Assembly (NCBI GenBank): GCA_964304625.1
Contig: OZ199838.1
Location: forward strand, 14,064,960 to 14,128,959
Source of the DNA: Kudoa neothunni
Taxonomy: Eukaryota; Animalia; Cnidaria
Length of the DNA stretch: 64,000 bases
Reading direction: 5' to 3'
The notes beneath the pieces are model-generated. The model ran no database searches. It was not told the DNA's origin and worked only from the letters and a program-made list of their open reading frames with translations. Positions within the stretch are counted from its first letter, which is position 1. Every line of letters begins with the position of its first letter. This document shows positions 24,340 to 37,207 of the stretch, one piece after another. Position numbers and translations under genes: made by a program.

Positions 24340-24802
24340 ATATCAGAAGTATCGTTGTTTTAAAAATATTCCCCATCTACCAATTGAATATCTTGTACAA
24401 AAAAATTCGTGGATGAACGCCTCTATCTTTTTTAAAATTATGAAAAAATTTAACAATATGTTTGAAAAAGAGAATAGAAAAGTTTTAATTTTACTAGACC
24501 AATGCCCTTCCCACCCTAAAGACATGGACGGTCTATAAAATATTATATTTTTATTCTTGCCGAAGAATACCACATCAATATTATGGCCTCGTGATTTAGG
24601 AATAATAAACTCATTAAAAAGCAACTATAACCAAATTCTCCATTCAGTTAATGTATTGGATGATAATGAATTAATATTAAAAAGCTACACTTTATTCGAT
24701 TGTTTAAAAATGTTAAAAAATGCTTGGGATAATATTTCGACAGAATTAATTACTAATTGTTTCAAAAAGTCAGGTGTTTTTGATGAAGGTAATTTTTATT
24801 AA
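24340..24802 (+). pseudogene. pogo/Tigger DDE_1 transposase fragment
   Basis: LPIEYLVQKNSWMN...NRKVLILLDQCPSHP...FLPKNTTSILWPRDLGIINSLKSNY...AWDNISTELITNCFKKSG. Confidence 0.88.
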
Positions 24803-26383
24803 ATTATTATATATATGCTTAATACTATCAACGACTATTCAAGAATGTGATGACATTAATGAAGGTATTTTATCAAAAATTATTTATCTAAAACTAATTA
24901 GACCCATTAGATGATGAATCATCCGAAATTAACGAAAAATTTCTCGATGAAGAAAACTCCTCCCCGTCATTAATAGCGACATAGATGATAAATCTGATAA
25001 TGAGAAGATTGGAACAGATGAAACTATAAAAAAGGTCCCTACAAAGAAAATTAGAGAAGCAATACAAGCTTTGAGGGAAACTTTATCGCGGAAGAACAGG
25101 AAGGTTTATTCGACCTGCATCCTGTAATGAACCGATTGATCTTAATATTAAAAAAAATAAAGTCCAAACTATCATAACAAACTTTTTCCACACAAAATAA
25201 GAATAATTGTCGTTTAAAACTTAACTTATATTTTCTTTTCTGGATTGTATGCATTAAAAAATGGCATTGGTTATTGAGACGGAAGTCAATTTCTCCGAAT
25301 ATAGCAAAATTTTTCCACAAAAATCTGATAAATATACTAATTCGATTTTTTTGCTAAATAAATCAAAAAAGAAATGTTTGGATAAGTGCAATGTTTTGAG
25401 GAATAATTGGTTTAATGCTTAATCATTTATATATCTCATAATCTAAAACAACATTTAAATTATTAAAATAAAAGTAATCGTCTCCTCCGCGTTATTTTTT
25501 TATTTTAACATTCAATACATAGACACATGTGTTACGTGAATTAAGCCGAACAAAAATGAGCGACTCAAATTTGAAGGAGTTTCATTTTGGAATGAAATTT
25601 GAGTCGTTCGAAGCGTTACAGCCGTTAATAAGTGACTATGAAAAAGAAAACTACGTAAACTTGAAGATTCGTAAGTCAAGAATAATTGAATCAATAAAAA
25701 ACTGCATCAATAGGTTTATTAAGGACGCGTTACTACATTATGAGGGTACGCGTGCGTGCTATTTAGGGTTTCAATACCGAAATAGAAATAAAGGAGAGAG
25801 ACAAAGAAATTCTCTAAAAAAAAGATTTCCTTTTTAAAATTACATTGTGGGTAAGTTTGAACGACAATTTCCTTGAAGTGAGATCATGTAACTGTGTCCA
25901 TAATCATTCTCAAGACCCATGGATTTATAATAACTTACCCAATCAAAGGAAGATTAATTTGAGTGATGAATATTTGTCTGAGTTAATTACTCTGGGGGCC
26001 AATAAAAACTCATTCAGGCAAAAATTAATAATGAAATAGGGAAAAATATTCCACTCAAATCACTACATAATACAAAAAAACTTTCAAAAATTTACCTGAT
26101 GACATTAACATGGTTGTTAAAATTTTGAAAAACGAACATAATTGTATAGTGGGTGTTTTATCTGACGATAATAAAAACGTATATGGGATCTTTTTCATTT
26201 ATTAACAAATGCTTAATACTCTGGAGTTTTTCCCAGAATTATTAACAGTTGATGCAACGTATAAACTACTGGATTCACGGTAACCTTTATGATTTTAGTT
26301 TAATACGTTGTTTTATTAATTTATTAGTGCATCATTGTATATTTCTGTCGCTGAGGATTCCGTTGGGCAAACACATATCACCA

Positions 26384-28017
26384 TCTGCGCGCGTGCGCTT
26401 TACATAGAAAAGTGCGGATATATAGTGTTTATATTTTTAAAATCTATTCTATTCAAAGTTCCAATTATATAATTTACTAATTGCTCTTAAATGGAACAAA
26501 TCGTAATAATACGGATAATTATCGCACATAGCTTTGATTGAATCCATTTTTTCTTGCTGTTTCATAGGTTGGTTATTATTATTTGGATTTGTTAACTGAA
26601 ACTCGATATCTTGCTCAATTGAACCTTGAGCTTGCTTTAAGTTGTCTATCAAACAATCAAGCCCAGCGTGTGATTGATCAAAGCGGTCGAAGAAATGTCG
26701 ATTGAAGCTTTCACAACTATTTGTTGTCAATGGAATATTTTTCATCACTCGTTCAAACGAGTTCCAAAAAGTAGGAGGAAATTTTGAATTTTATATATAT
26801 GTTTCGGTGAAATACTTAAAAAATATTCCAATTTTTTCATTATTGAAATTGTTTGAATATTTTTTCAATTTTTCAACTTCTTTTTCGATGAAATTAGGAG
26901 GTACAAATGATAACGATGTGACCATTTTGAATAGGCATCGAAGCTCAATGTTCTTTTGTGCATCTTGTAATAAACCTATTTTTTGAATTTTCCTCCAAAC
27001 TGCTTGCCCAAAATGGAAGGTACAAAATTGGATATTAATTGTTTTTTATGCTTTTTTAAAAGCATTATACACTGCTTTTTCAAAATCAATTATTAAATTA
27101 TCAGGTAATTTAATATGTAGGGTTTCTTTCATTATGTTGATCATAAGGTTATAATTCTCTTCAGTTTTTCCAGGCATTAAAATAAATACTAATGGAAATA
27201 CCCTGTTAAAAATTACACCATGGATAACATAAAGTTGATAGAACCCTTTGGGTACAACCTTAAACGTTCCATCGGAGAGCCAAATATTTGAATTGTTTAA
27301 GTGACTTATATTTTCCTCTGTAGAAAATATTATCATTCTTTTTGTGCAAAGGGATCCATTATCGTAATAACAGAATTTTTTCCCTCTTAATGTAAATATT
27401 CCATTGTTTAACAAGTTGGTCTCATTTACAATCGAGATGCTCATCCTTTTTCTCGTGCTTTGGATCAGTTTATAGACCGTTTTTTTGTTAAATATTGGGA
27501 GTTCCTCTATTGGTTTTCTGTTGGTGCATTGGCTGTAAACATTGTTCGTAGAATATATCGTTTCTTCAGCAACAGTCCTTACTTCATTATTTAATAACAC
27601 TTTTTTTATGTGATTTTCATCAACAGTGTGATTATGCTCGTCAGCGGTCACAATTCTACAAATATCCGGCAACAACGAAGTTTGCAACTTACCGCGACAT
27701 TTTCTTTGCTGACACCTCCAAAATTGTGCATCATCATTTGATGTTGTCGTGACGTAAAAATGTTGCTTATAAAGTATTTTGTAGTTATTTCGTATAGTTT
27801 TCAAAAGTATAAACTCCGCCATTATATCTTTGGTTACTAATGGCGCATGTGGCGTTTCGTGGAGTTACAACCAAAAATAATACTTAAAAAGTAAAATAAT
27901 TATTTGATAAAAGTGCAATTAAACCTAATGAAGACCCCAATCTTACAAAAATGCTTAAAAAACAAGTGAAATAACATGTATCGCACACGCGCACCGCTGG
28001 CGAAAACTCGCCATGCC
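26384..28017 (-). mobile_element. Nested FLYWCH-MULE transposon
   Basis: ORF 27046-27822 (WRCQQRKCRG...HNH; WLSDGTFKVVP...YQLY; IIDFEKA) continues past a frameshift to 26449 (CTFHFGQAVWR; TTNSCESFN). Flanked by duplicated ATCACCA (26377-26383, 28018-28024); the left TIR is truncated. Confidence 0.88.
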
Positions 28018-29460
28018 ATCACCAGTATCTGTATTTTATATAATGAAGCAGAGGAGTCTATAAAATGGTATGTTTCCCAAATAATGAACGTACTACCAAA
28101 TTTAACTCAAAGCGCTCAAACTGTTATCACTGACAAAGCACAATACTTTAAGAAAGTGTTTGAAAGAATTTTTCCCAGTTCAAAATTAATGATATATGTA
28201 TTTCACGTTTCGCAAAATTTTCGACGTGACGTAACAATTTCAAAATATGGCATTACAAAAACTCAGCGTGATCAATTACTACAAATTCTCAATCGCATTA
28301 TATATTCAAAAAATAAAGAAGATTATGGTAACCTACTTAAGAATCTCTATATAGAAAACAATCAAAAATTTATCGACTACTTTAAATCAAATTGGGAGAC
28401 CATCGCTAATGAATGGGTTGTAGGACTAAATGCAATACATCACTTCTATGGGAATTTAAATAATAATCGAATCGAAGCAATCAATGGTCAACTTAAACGT
28501 ACGATGAAACAAATTTAAAACCTAAATGATTTTTTTCGATATTTCTTCGACGCTCTCAAATCACTGAGAATTGAAAAAAAATATAACCTAACAAAAATTA
28601 TATTAAACCCAGTTGATTTTAATACTTCAAATGAAGTTTTGAAAGCTTATTATAATCATCTAAATCAATTCGCCTTCAATATAGTACACAAACAGCTTCA
28701 GAATCTTGATGAAATCCAAATTAGTGATGTTACAACAATTTAAACAAAATGTGATTGTTATATTTATAGGTCATATCATCTTCCCTGTAGTCATATCTTC
28801 AAAAAGAGAGCTTTTAGCCTGCTTCCAATATTTGATTCTAATTTGTCATTACAGGTGGTAAAAAGATCACTTGAACCGATTTTTAGAAATAGAAAACCTT
28901 AATTTCACTCCAAAAGAAAATATATCTATTAAACTCAAGATGATTTTTAATTCATATGGGATGCGCGTAAAAATCCCGTAATTTATACAAACAAATTAGT
29001 CGCTCTGTCAGCTGAATTCTGAGGGGATTTTTATGATAGTTGTCTATCACTTTTTAGTACGATCGAAAAAACCATCAAAAATGGTGATCTTAGATTAATT
29101 AGGGAAATAAGTCAAATTGGTACAGTCAAATGATTAATTTTGTGTTAAATATATTTTTAGCAAAACGCACCAATAAAAACTCTGATGATCTAACCGAGAA
29201 AAAAGATCTACTGAACCAGGTGATATAACTTAAAAGTATCAGTAGTATTTGAATTGGTGATAATAAATAGTGCTAATAACAGTTTAAATTCAAAAATGTG
29301 TCCTGACGACAATGATGTTAGCAGTGATCCTCAAAATGAAGACATTATTAGGAATGCTATTGCTGATAATATTCCGGATGAGAACTTGCCTAAAAATCAA
29401 ATAAACCAGACTGAGAGCAATTTAATATCTTTTCAAATTGTTGAACTTAATGGTATTATA

Positions 29461-30834
29461 TAGGATTTTCCGAGCTTTAATGACATCATGTCAAACTTTA
29501 GTGACACTTGTGTAATTTAAGCTTACAATTAAGTTCATATTATTAATTAATCGAATAAAAATATTAAGATGAGTGATAAAAAATTAACAATATACGTTAG
29601 CTTAGTATTTATGAACTTTAAAAACAGATAATAGCGACGATTCTCAGATGACAACTCAAACCAAATTTAAGAGACAAACAACAAGTGACCGAGATAGGAA
29701 AATGATTGCTAATCAGTACGAATTGGGTTATAGCAACGCCGTCATCGCTGAAAATGTTGGAATTAGGCGACAAACTGTTGCTTCAATTGTCAAATCATAT
29801 CTTCTCGATGGGAAAGAAAAGTCATTAAAAAGAGGTGGTGACTTGTCTTCAATACTCAATGAAGATCAAAAGTTGCGGATTAGAAGTTAGGTGGATGAGG
29901 ACGTCACTATTACCCTTACGACTCTTCGTCAAAAATTATTAGACGAATGTGGCGCGAGTGTTTGCGTTAGCACAATAAATAGGTGCCTACAAGAATTCCA
30001 TTATTCTTTAAAAACGCTCACCATTGTTCCTGAACGAAGAAACTCTGACGATACAGTGGAAAAACGTTTTATGTATGTCCAAGAGTTCAATTCAAAACTG
30101 CTTGGGATAGAAGGCAACAACTTTGTTTTTATTGACAAAGTCGGTTTTAATGTATCGTCACGTATAAGAATAAGACAGGGTCGTTCGCTTGCTGGTACAT
30201 CAGCATATGTAAACGTAAAAGCCGTCAAATCAAGAAACATACCCGTCATAGCAGCGATGAATAAGTACGACATGGTGCTGTATAAAATAAATCGGAGACC
30301 AGTAAATGGCGGAGATTTAAAGAGTTCCTCATTGAGTTGGCAGATTTTCGCCTTTCTTTGGAAATTGAATATCCATGCTTTATACTCGATAATACAAGGA
30401 TACATCATTATCGGGGACTTAGCGAAATTTGAGCAACGTTGCAACTAACGTTGATGTATCTACCTCCGTATTCACCCTTCATGAATCCAATTTAAAAATG
30501 TTTTCAGTAAATAGAAAAACCATGTTGTGAGTGGACAAGCGAGAAACGAAAGCGATCTTTTAAACTTAATAGATGATGGTTTCAAAGTTATTACCACCAA
30601 CGACTGCCCAAGTTATTATCGAAAAATGCTTCGATATATCAACAGATGTTTGAACCGAGAAATTATTCTAGAATCTAGAATAAGTATAAATTATAAGATA
30701 GTGCTTGAATATCTTTTTCAAATTCCCGAAATTATTATTTTTTGTTCAATCGAAATTTATGATAATATTTTCGTTTTTTTACCTAATTATATAGCCATCT
30801 TAAATACCTTGTCACTAAAGCTTGGAAAACCCTA
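29461..30834 (+). mobile_element. Nested Tc1/IS630-like DNA transposon (transposase pseudogene)
   Basis: TIRs taggattttccgagctttaatgaca / tgtcactaaagcttggaaaacccta with TA TSDs; HTH (29648-29890) and DDE_3 fragments FVFIDKVGFN...GRS...YLPPYSPFMNPI. Confidence 0.9.
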
Positions 30835-31080
30835 TAATATCCATACATTTTGAAACTTATTTACGCCTTAAAAATTCCTGCTCGAAGTAAATCCGTTGGA
30901 AAACCAAAGGGATATGCTTTGATTACGATTGGATGTCAAAAGAAGAGACGAAAATTCTCTTAGATTCGAGTTCATTTTTTTGTATTGATTAATGTAATCA
31001 TTCATCCTATGAATATTTATCTAGTTCTTCAGAAAACTGGCATGCTGTGCCTACTCACATTATTGTCTAACAATTAAATA

Positions 31081-31118
31081 TATATATAAATAAATACATA
31101 CATACATACATACATAAA
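31081..31118. repeat. (TA)n/(TACA)n microsatellite
   Basis: tatatataaataaatacatacatacatacatacataaa. Confidence 0.8.
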
Positions 31119-31348
31119 TGTATGTTTACAATAATAATGTCTTATTTCCGCATTAATGCCTAAATCTAAAAATTTATAACATTAATTACTAGACAAATCT
31201 GAATTATAATGAAACCAACACTATATTTTGTAAAAAAAATTTATATGATAAAATTAACAAAAGCACGTAAAGTTTGGACGGAAATCCGATCCTCAGTTAT
31301 GGGAATCTCTCAATAGCGTGCGACGCAGACATCTATAATTCTTTAAAC

Positions 31349-31544
31349 CAGTGCTTCCCAACTAAAACTGGACTTGCATCCCCATTTTTTGACAAAACGA
31401 AATTAGCACCACTTTGCATACGATAAGGTGTAACTAACTTAAAATTTATCAAAAATTATTTTCAATTTTTGATCGGATCTCGCACCACCTGAAACCAAAG
31501 TTCGCACCTCCTGAAGTGCAGGCATCCCCAGTTGGGAACCCCTG
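31349..31544. mobile_element. 196-bp hAT (Charlie/Buster-type) MITE
   Basis: Perfect 8-bp TSD ctttaaac (31341-31348, 31545-31552); TIRs cagtgcttcccaact / agttgggaacccctg. Confidence 0.92.
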
Positions 31545-32039
31545 CTTTAAACCATACCATAATAATAACAACAACATAAAATGACATAAAACGAATAGGT
31601 TATGTTTAAATATGTAAAAACAGTTTTTTGTTTGAAATACTGAAGTTATCAGCACATGGTATCAATGCAATTACGTGAAAATTTAATATCATCAGTTGTA
31701 GCAAATTTTTTTAGTCTTAAGAGCAAAAAAATTGAATATTAGATTTTTGAAATCAATTCTTTAAAAAACTTCTTAATATCGGAAAAATTGACTTCCGTGT
31801 CAATAGCCACTACCAACTTTTAATTACCGACGATAATCATACTGATAATGATGTCATCATGATTATCATTAGTTTCATATTGTGCATCCACTGTACTTAC
31901 AAGAATAAAATAAAGTATTAAAAGCGGACTGCAATTAATCCGGATTATATTTGTTACCGCAATAGTTCACTTGTTCCCTATTCTTGGGGTGCAGAAAGAT
32001 CAACTTTTCAAGAAATCGAAGAAATTTGTATTAACAAAA

Positions 32040-32605
32040 AACAACGATAGCGTGATATAAATATATTCGAGACGTGTGCTCAAGGACTTTAACAAGGGAC
32101 GACTGTAAAATTAGTGGGATTGGCCCTACTGTACAAACAGATGAGTCATTAATGGTCAAGGCCAAAAACAACATTGGCAGATGACCTAGACAAAGATGGA
32201 TTTATGATGTGAATAAAAAAAGAAGTTTCCTAGTCTGAATAGAAGGCAGAATGGAGAATATGTTATTACATTACGACGAAAGGTCAATAAAACCAGGAAG
32301 CATTATTCAATCCGATCAGTGGACTTCGTACAATAAAATTATAGAGATCCCTGTGGATCCTTCATACGAGCATTCTACCGTAAACCAACCAAAACATTTC
32401 AGGAATCCAATAACCGGAGATCACACAAATCTTGCGGAACGCTATTGGAAAAATTGCAAACGTAAATTTAAACGAACGGTTGGGGTTCAAACTTCGGCGT
32501 TCGCGAACATCTTGATGAGTTCACGTGGAGAGAATTGTATGAAAATGATGACAAATCTGCATTGAATAATATATTAAGCCAAATAGCATTAGAATATCCT
32601 CTGTA
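32040..32605 (+). pseudogene. Merlin/ISXO2 transposase fragment
   Basis: VQTDESLMVKAKNNIGR and IKPGSIIQSDQWTSYNKI...HSTVN...FRNPITGDHTNLAERYWKNCKRK. Confidence 0.88.
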
Positions 32606-33184
32606 ATGGAATATTTTCATTTTGCGTAAAGGAGGAGATTCAAAGATTATATGGGAATTACGCAAAGCCCACATTCCGCCTCCAGTGCCGGAAAATTTAT
32701 TCCATTCCAACCAGTTTTCTCATAATTCAATAAACGAATATTTATCTCATTTTGTCAGAAAACGGCATTTAACTAATTTTTAAAATTATGTTATCCTTCG
32801 AATATTTAAAAATTCGATTTGGTCCTTATTTAAGACTATAAAGACAAAAGCATAATCCTTTCCCCAAGTTTGTAGGAGATTGAATACGCATTGCTTATGA
32901 TGTACCGAAGATATCCAAACACTATTAAATAAAACGATTATTAATTTTTTTAATCTTTAAAAATAAACGTAGTTTAAGAATTTTGCTTCAATACAGTAAA
33001 AAATTACTTAATTCAATTTAACGTTGAAATTTCCCCCAAAACTCATTGAGCCTGTTATAAAGCCTAAGTCGTCGCGTCAAAAATTGTTTTAGCTCGATGA
33101 GTTAAACAGTTCATAAGCGAATTTCAAAATAAGTAAATTAAGCTTTTCTAAACACGGGAATTCTCAATTGGTAGAATATTAAAA

Positions 33185-34357
33185 TCATACCGAAAATTCT
33201 TTAGCATTCAATGGCCCGGATATTGTTTTTTGCACCAAACCTTCAATTTCGGTATATTTACCGTTTTGGCTGTTAAAAAGCTGAATGATGGGGTCGGTTT
33301 GATTGCTCTCCTGGTACTCATCATGCATATCAAAATGCATTCTTGGGTAGAAAAAATCGTAGAAAAAGACTTTGAACTGAAAAAATGTTGCATTCGAATA
33401 ATAATAATAATTTGAAATTACTTTAGTAACACAATCCAAAAAATATTGGGGCAACGAGTGGGTTATGTATTGAGATCGGATGTAGTTATGATTTAATAAC
33501 ACTTCGGAAGGATCTAAAATTACCCAACCTCAAAAAAAAGCATTCCATCACATTGTAACGTACCAATCGCGCCATGTTGGGTTAGAATATCAACCACATC
33601 GATATTTCTAGAGGGGATAAAGTGAGTGCGAATAACAGACCGATAAAATGAGTAGCTTACAATTTGCAACACAAAACAAAATCATTCACATTCAGAATAC
33701 TCACGAGAGTTTTGGATAAAACTGAAACCGGCTATTTTAATCTCATTCAAATTCATCAAACCAAACCTCAAACACATACGAGATATTGACTTTCGGATAC
33801 GTAATGATTTACTAATCATTAAATTCAAATACGTGACATTTTTATTTAAAACAATGTAACTTTAATATAGATAAATGGTACCTTTTGTAAAATATTCGAC
33901 TTTAAAATGTTCACACGTGACAAAGTCATTGAAAAGATTTATTTCACATGGACACATATGTTGGACTCCAACCTGAGATTTAAAATTAGAAATTCACGAA
34001 CAAATTTATTCAACTATACCAGCAACATCATTATCAATATTTCAAAATAATGAATATCTTGATTGGGGAGGTGGTGGAGGGAATATTTTTTAAGAAACCA
34101 TAATCGTTCTCTTTTCTCAATGTTTACACAACTGGATCCATTATTATAAAGAAGATCAATCTAAAAATTATATCTATATAAAATAATGCCATTCGTATCC
34201 CCACCGCATCTGCAACACGTTTTATCAAGTCTTCTGGATCAGAATTTGTAATACATCGTTGATATTCTGTTTCTGACACCTCCACAAAGCTGGATTGATA
34301 ACTACGTAGGTTGTTAAATTTTTCAGAGATAATTTCGGAGTAACTCTTTTCGGGCAT
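33185..34357 (-). CDS. Hypothetical multi-exon protein, no family recognised
   Basis: ATG at 34357; alternating open blocks and short GT-AG introns of the same style as neighbouring genes; cgcgcatgcgca motif 56 bp upstream. Exon phases in the middle are not fully resolved. Confidence 0.6.
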
Positions 34358-35425
34358 GTCTTAAAATTTCACCAGGCAACCGCATTATATCGCATTCCCC
34401 TTTCAATTCATTCGCGCATGCGCACCAAATGACGGTTTAATTGCTAACGTTGAATTAAAATACAACCATCTGTGTATTATATTATAGACAATCGTTCCAT
34501 TACCAACCGATTCAAAAAATATTTTGTACCTACAATTGATCTCGCCGCGAAACCCCCGTAAAACAGAACTTAATTACAAAAATCTCGTTTGTTCAACCCT
34601 TACGGGACCAAGCGGGGTCTACCATGACCCCAAGATACATCTTCTTGATCATACCACTAAAAATCAGCTTCCGTTGATATTAAAATTTTTTTTTCTCAAG
34701 TTTTTAAATTTATAGTAAAATACAATATTTCGATTGCATGCAATTATAAATATTCTTGACCTCAATTATTTATTTTATAAATATTGATTTTAATGAAATA
34801 TTAAAAAATATATTACATTTAAACATTACATGTGTATGAAAATAACGACAAAAATCTCAGCGGATTGCCGCTACAGACTAGCGATAACTAATCCGATTGA
34901 TCTCCTAAGTTTTGTTGCTTTTCCTAACAAATAGAATTTGGTTTTCTCAAAAAATACACAAGGCGAAAAATAAATCATTATATACTAACAAATAAGCACA
35001 TATACAATATTATAATGAATGATAATTTTCAACAATGGATTTGAAAAGATTCATCTTTTGTACAGTTGTTGTCCGATGATAATGAATTTGGATTACATAA
35101 TTGATTAGGGTTGCACCGATACCACATTTTAAATTTCAATTGTTTTAGACGTCTGTTGTATTCTAATGAGATTACGAAAAAATTTTTAATCATTCAAAAA
35201 AAAGTTTTATTTCTCTAAAATTTACTGATTTTACTTAATAAGGATTCCTAACTGATTGTATTAACGGTCTAACGGTCAGTAAAATATTAATTTTCTCAAA
35301 TAATGTTTTGATATCCATTACATTGGTAACTAGTTAATTTCGTATGGTAAAACAAATATTTAGCGCGAGATTGGTATTTTTACAATGAACACATCAAACC
35401 ATGAGTAATATATTTTTCTAAGATA

Positions 35426-35700
35426 CTAGCGCGAACTGCCCAGCGTTGCTTGGGGAAGATTTCACATAGAGACGTTTCTTTATAACATCCAAAAAAATAT
35501 TATGTTTCAAATTGATTTACAGAAGCAGTCAAACTAAATTTTTTTTAAGCATCATACTTGGTCGATTTTGATTTCAAAATTTAAATCATGATCATTTCTG
35601 TGCATGGATGTATCAACCCTGGGTTTTAATTAACAATTTCTTGTCCCGACACAAATTCTAAATAATTTAGGGTCAGTGTCATATTTATTTTCGATCACGA
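35426..35700 (-). mobile_element. Non-autonomous Helitron 3' part
   Basis: The minus strand ends in a hairpin cccaagcaacgctggg then CTAG|T; ~200 bp are the inverted homologue of ~44600-44809. The 5' boundary is approximate. Confidence 0.7.
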
Positions 35701-35899
35701 ATTATTCAAACTCTCTTAAAGTGCAATCTAATACATTATTTTTTGGCCCAGGGGATTTTTAACGTCGAATTCTAGACCGGCTCGGAAAATGTGTGCATCA
35801 CTAAATTTTAAAGGGATAAAACAGAAAAAGTAATAGAAATGAAGAAAACACATGAAAATTAGTTTTTATTTCTCAAATTAATATCTTTTGGCCCCGAAT

Positions 35900-37038
35900 A
35901 AACTTTAATGCGCTTTTTTCAACAAAAATTGAATTATTTTGTTCCTTGCTCAGTTATTCATTCAAAGATTATTTATTATTTTTATTTTTTACTATTGATA
36001 TATAACAATTTTATATAAATTAACTTTAAAAATAAACTTTTTGCAAATTTCACAAAAACATCTCATTCTTCACTTTAATAAAATACTTTATGAACTTTTG
36101 AATATAGATATTAATGTAGTAAGACATGTTTTAGTCTATGATTTTTACTATTAAGTTTTTGATTAGAAATTAAGAAATTATTCAGTTTTTATTATTAAAA
36201 TTCAGGAACTTAACTTTTAAATCTGATTATATTAATTTTTTACTTTGAAGTGTGTAAACACTGAAAAAAATTGTTTGGCTATATTTTTATTGTTTATAAG
36301 TTTTTGTATATGCCAAAATTTCCCAACAACAAATTCGGCAAAATATACGAATTGAGAATATTTAGGGGTGTAATCACAAAATGTTACTATTTGGTTATTA
36401 TTTTTATCGGTATATACATAATTTATTATGACCAATATTTTTATATAAATGACAATTTGGGGGGTTTTTAGATTTTATTACACCAACATTTTTACGTTTG
36501 TCGAATGCTATACTAAACACACATGTAAGAATTACTCCTAAAAAGTAATATCTTCCTATAATCTGCCTTAAGTCATTTCCCTATTGAAATTAAATGTTGA
36601 TCTAAAATATGATGTTAATTAATTATTAAAAAAACTAATCAACTCCAAGAACATTAGGAAAAAATATTTTGAGAGCACGTGGTTGTCTTCTCGCTTTTAA
36701 ACTATTTGTGCTTAAAACCTATAAATACCTGTATAATTAAATTTGATATTGTAAATTTTGTGTTTATATGGTAAAAAATATGAAATAGAACCAATTTTTG
36801 AATGGTTATCAAAAAAAAAATTAGAGATTAATTTAATGTTTGTTGAAAAAAGACGGAGATTACACGTGTATCCTATCGCGTTTGGATGAAAAATTCTCAA
36901 AATTTTAAAGTTATTATTTTGAGCTGAATTTTCGCTCTCCATATTCTTTTATTTTATTATCAAAAATTGTGAAAAAAGAAATGTGGAAAAACGTTTGTAG
37001 GATGGCGTTTTTTAGGTGCCGCATACCTTACCATTACC
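35900..37038. mobile_element. Non-autonomous long-TIR element (same family as 53357-54345)
   Basis: 35980-36800 aligns directly with 53625-54340, while 36820-37038 is the reverse complement of 53357-53590, implying TIRs of about 220 bp starting GGTA. Confidence 0.8.
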
Positions 37039-37207
37039 CGATATTTTATTGACAGGCCTAATGAATATTGCAAACCTAATATATTTTTTGTATTATTCAA
37101 TGGTTAAATGCGTAAAGATTGATAAAAATGTAAGAATAATTTTAAAGAGCCAATTTAAAGATATCTTGATACATTTTAATGTAATTTGAAACATTATTCT
37201 TCATTTA

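Larger units (their letters stand above)
25263..31814 (+). mobile_element. MULE/Mutator element (ZSWIM3-like transposase pseudogene) hosting three nested insertions
   Basis: ~36-bp TIRs ggcattggttattgagacggaagtcaatttctccga / tcggaaaaattgacttccgtgtcaatagccactacc; plus-strand fragments GMKFESFEAL...VHNH, FPELLTVDATYKL, TVITDK...FHV, NNNRIEAINGQLK, a SWIM-like CDC...LPCSHI and GKPKG. Confidence 0.85.

Noticed and set aside
29888-29890. In-frame TAG in the Tc1-like transposase as readthrough or an alternative genetic code
   Set aside because: The element has other frameshifts and substitutions, and host genes show no in-frame stops and end in TAA, TAG or TGA.
30001-30444. Antisense ORFs (also 10004-10318, 40680-41153, 61213-61476) as genes
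   Set aside because: They are shadows of coding sequence on the opposite strand, with no recognisable motifs.
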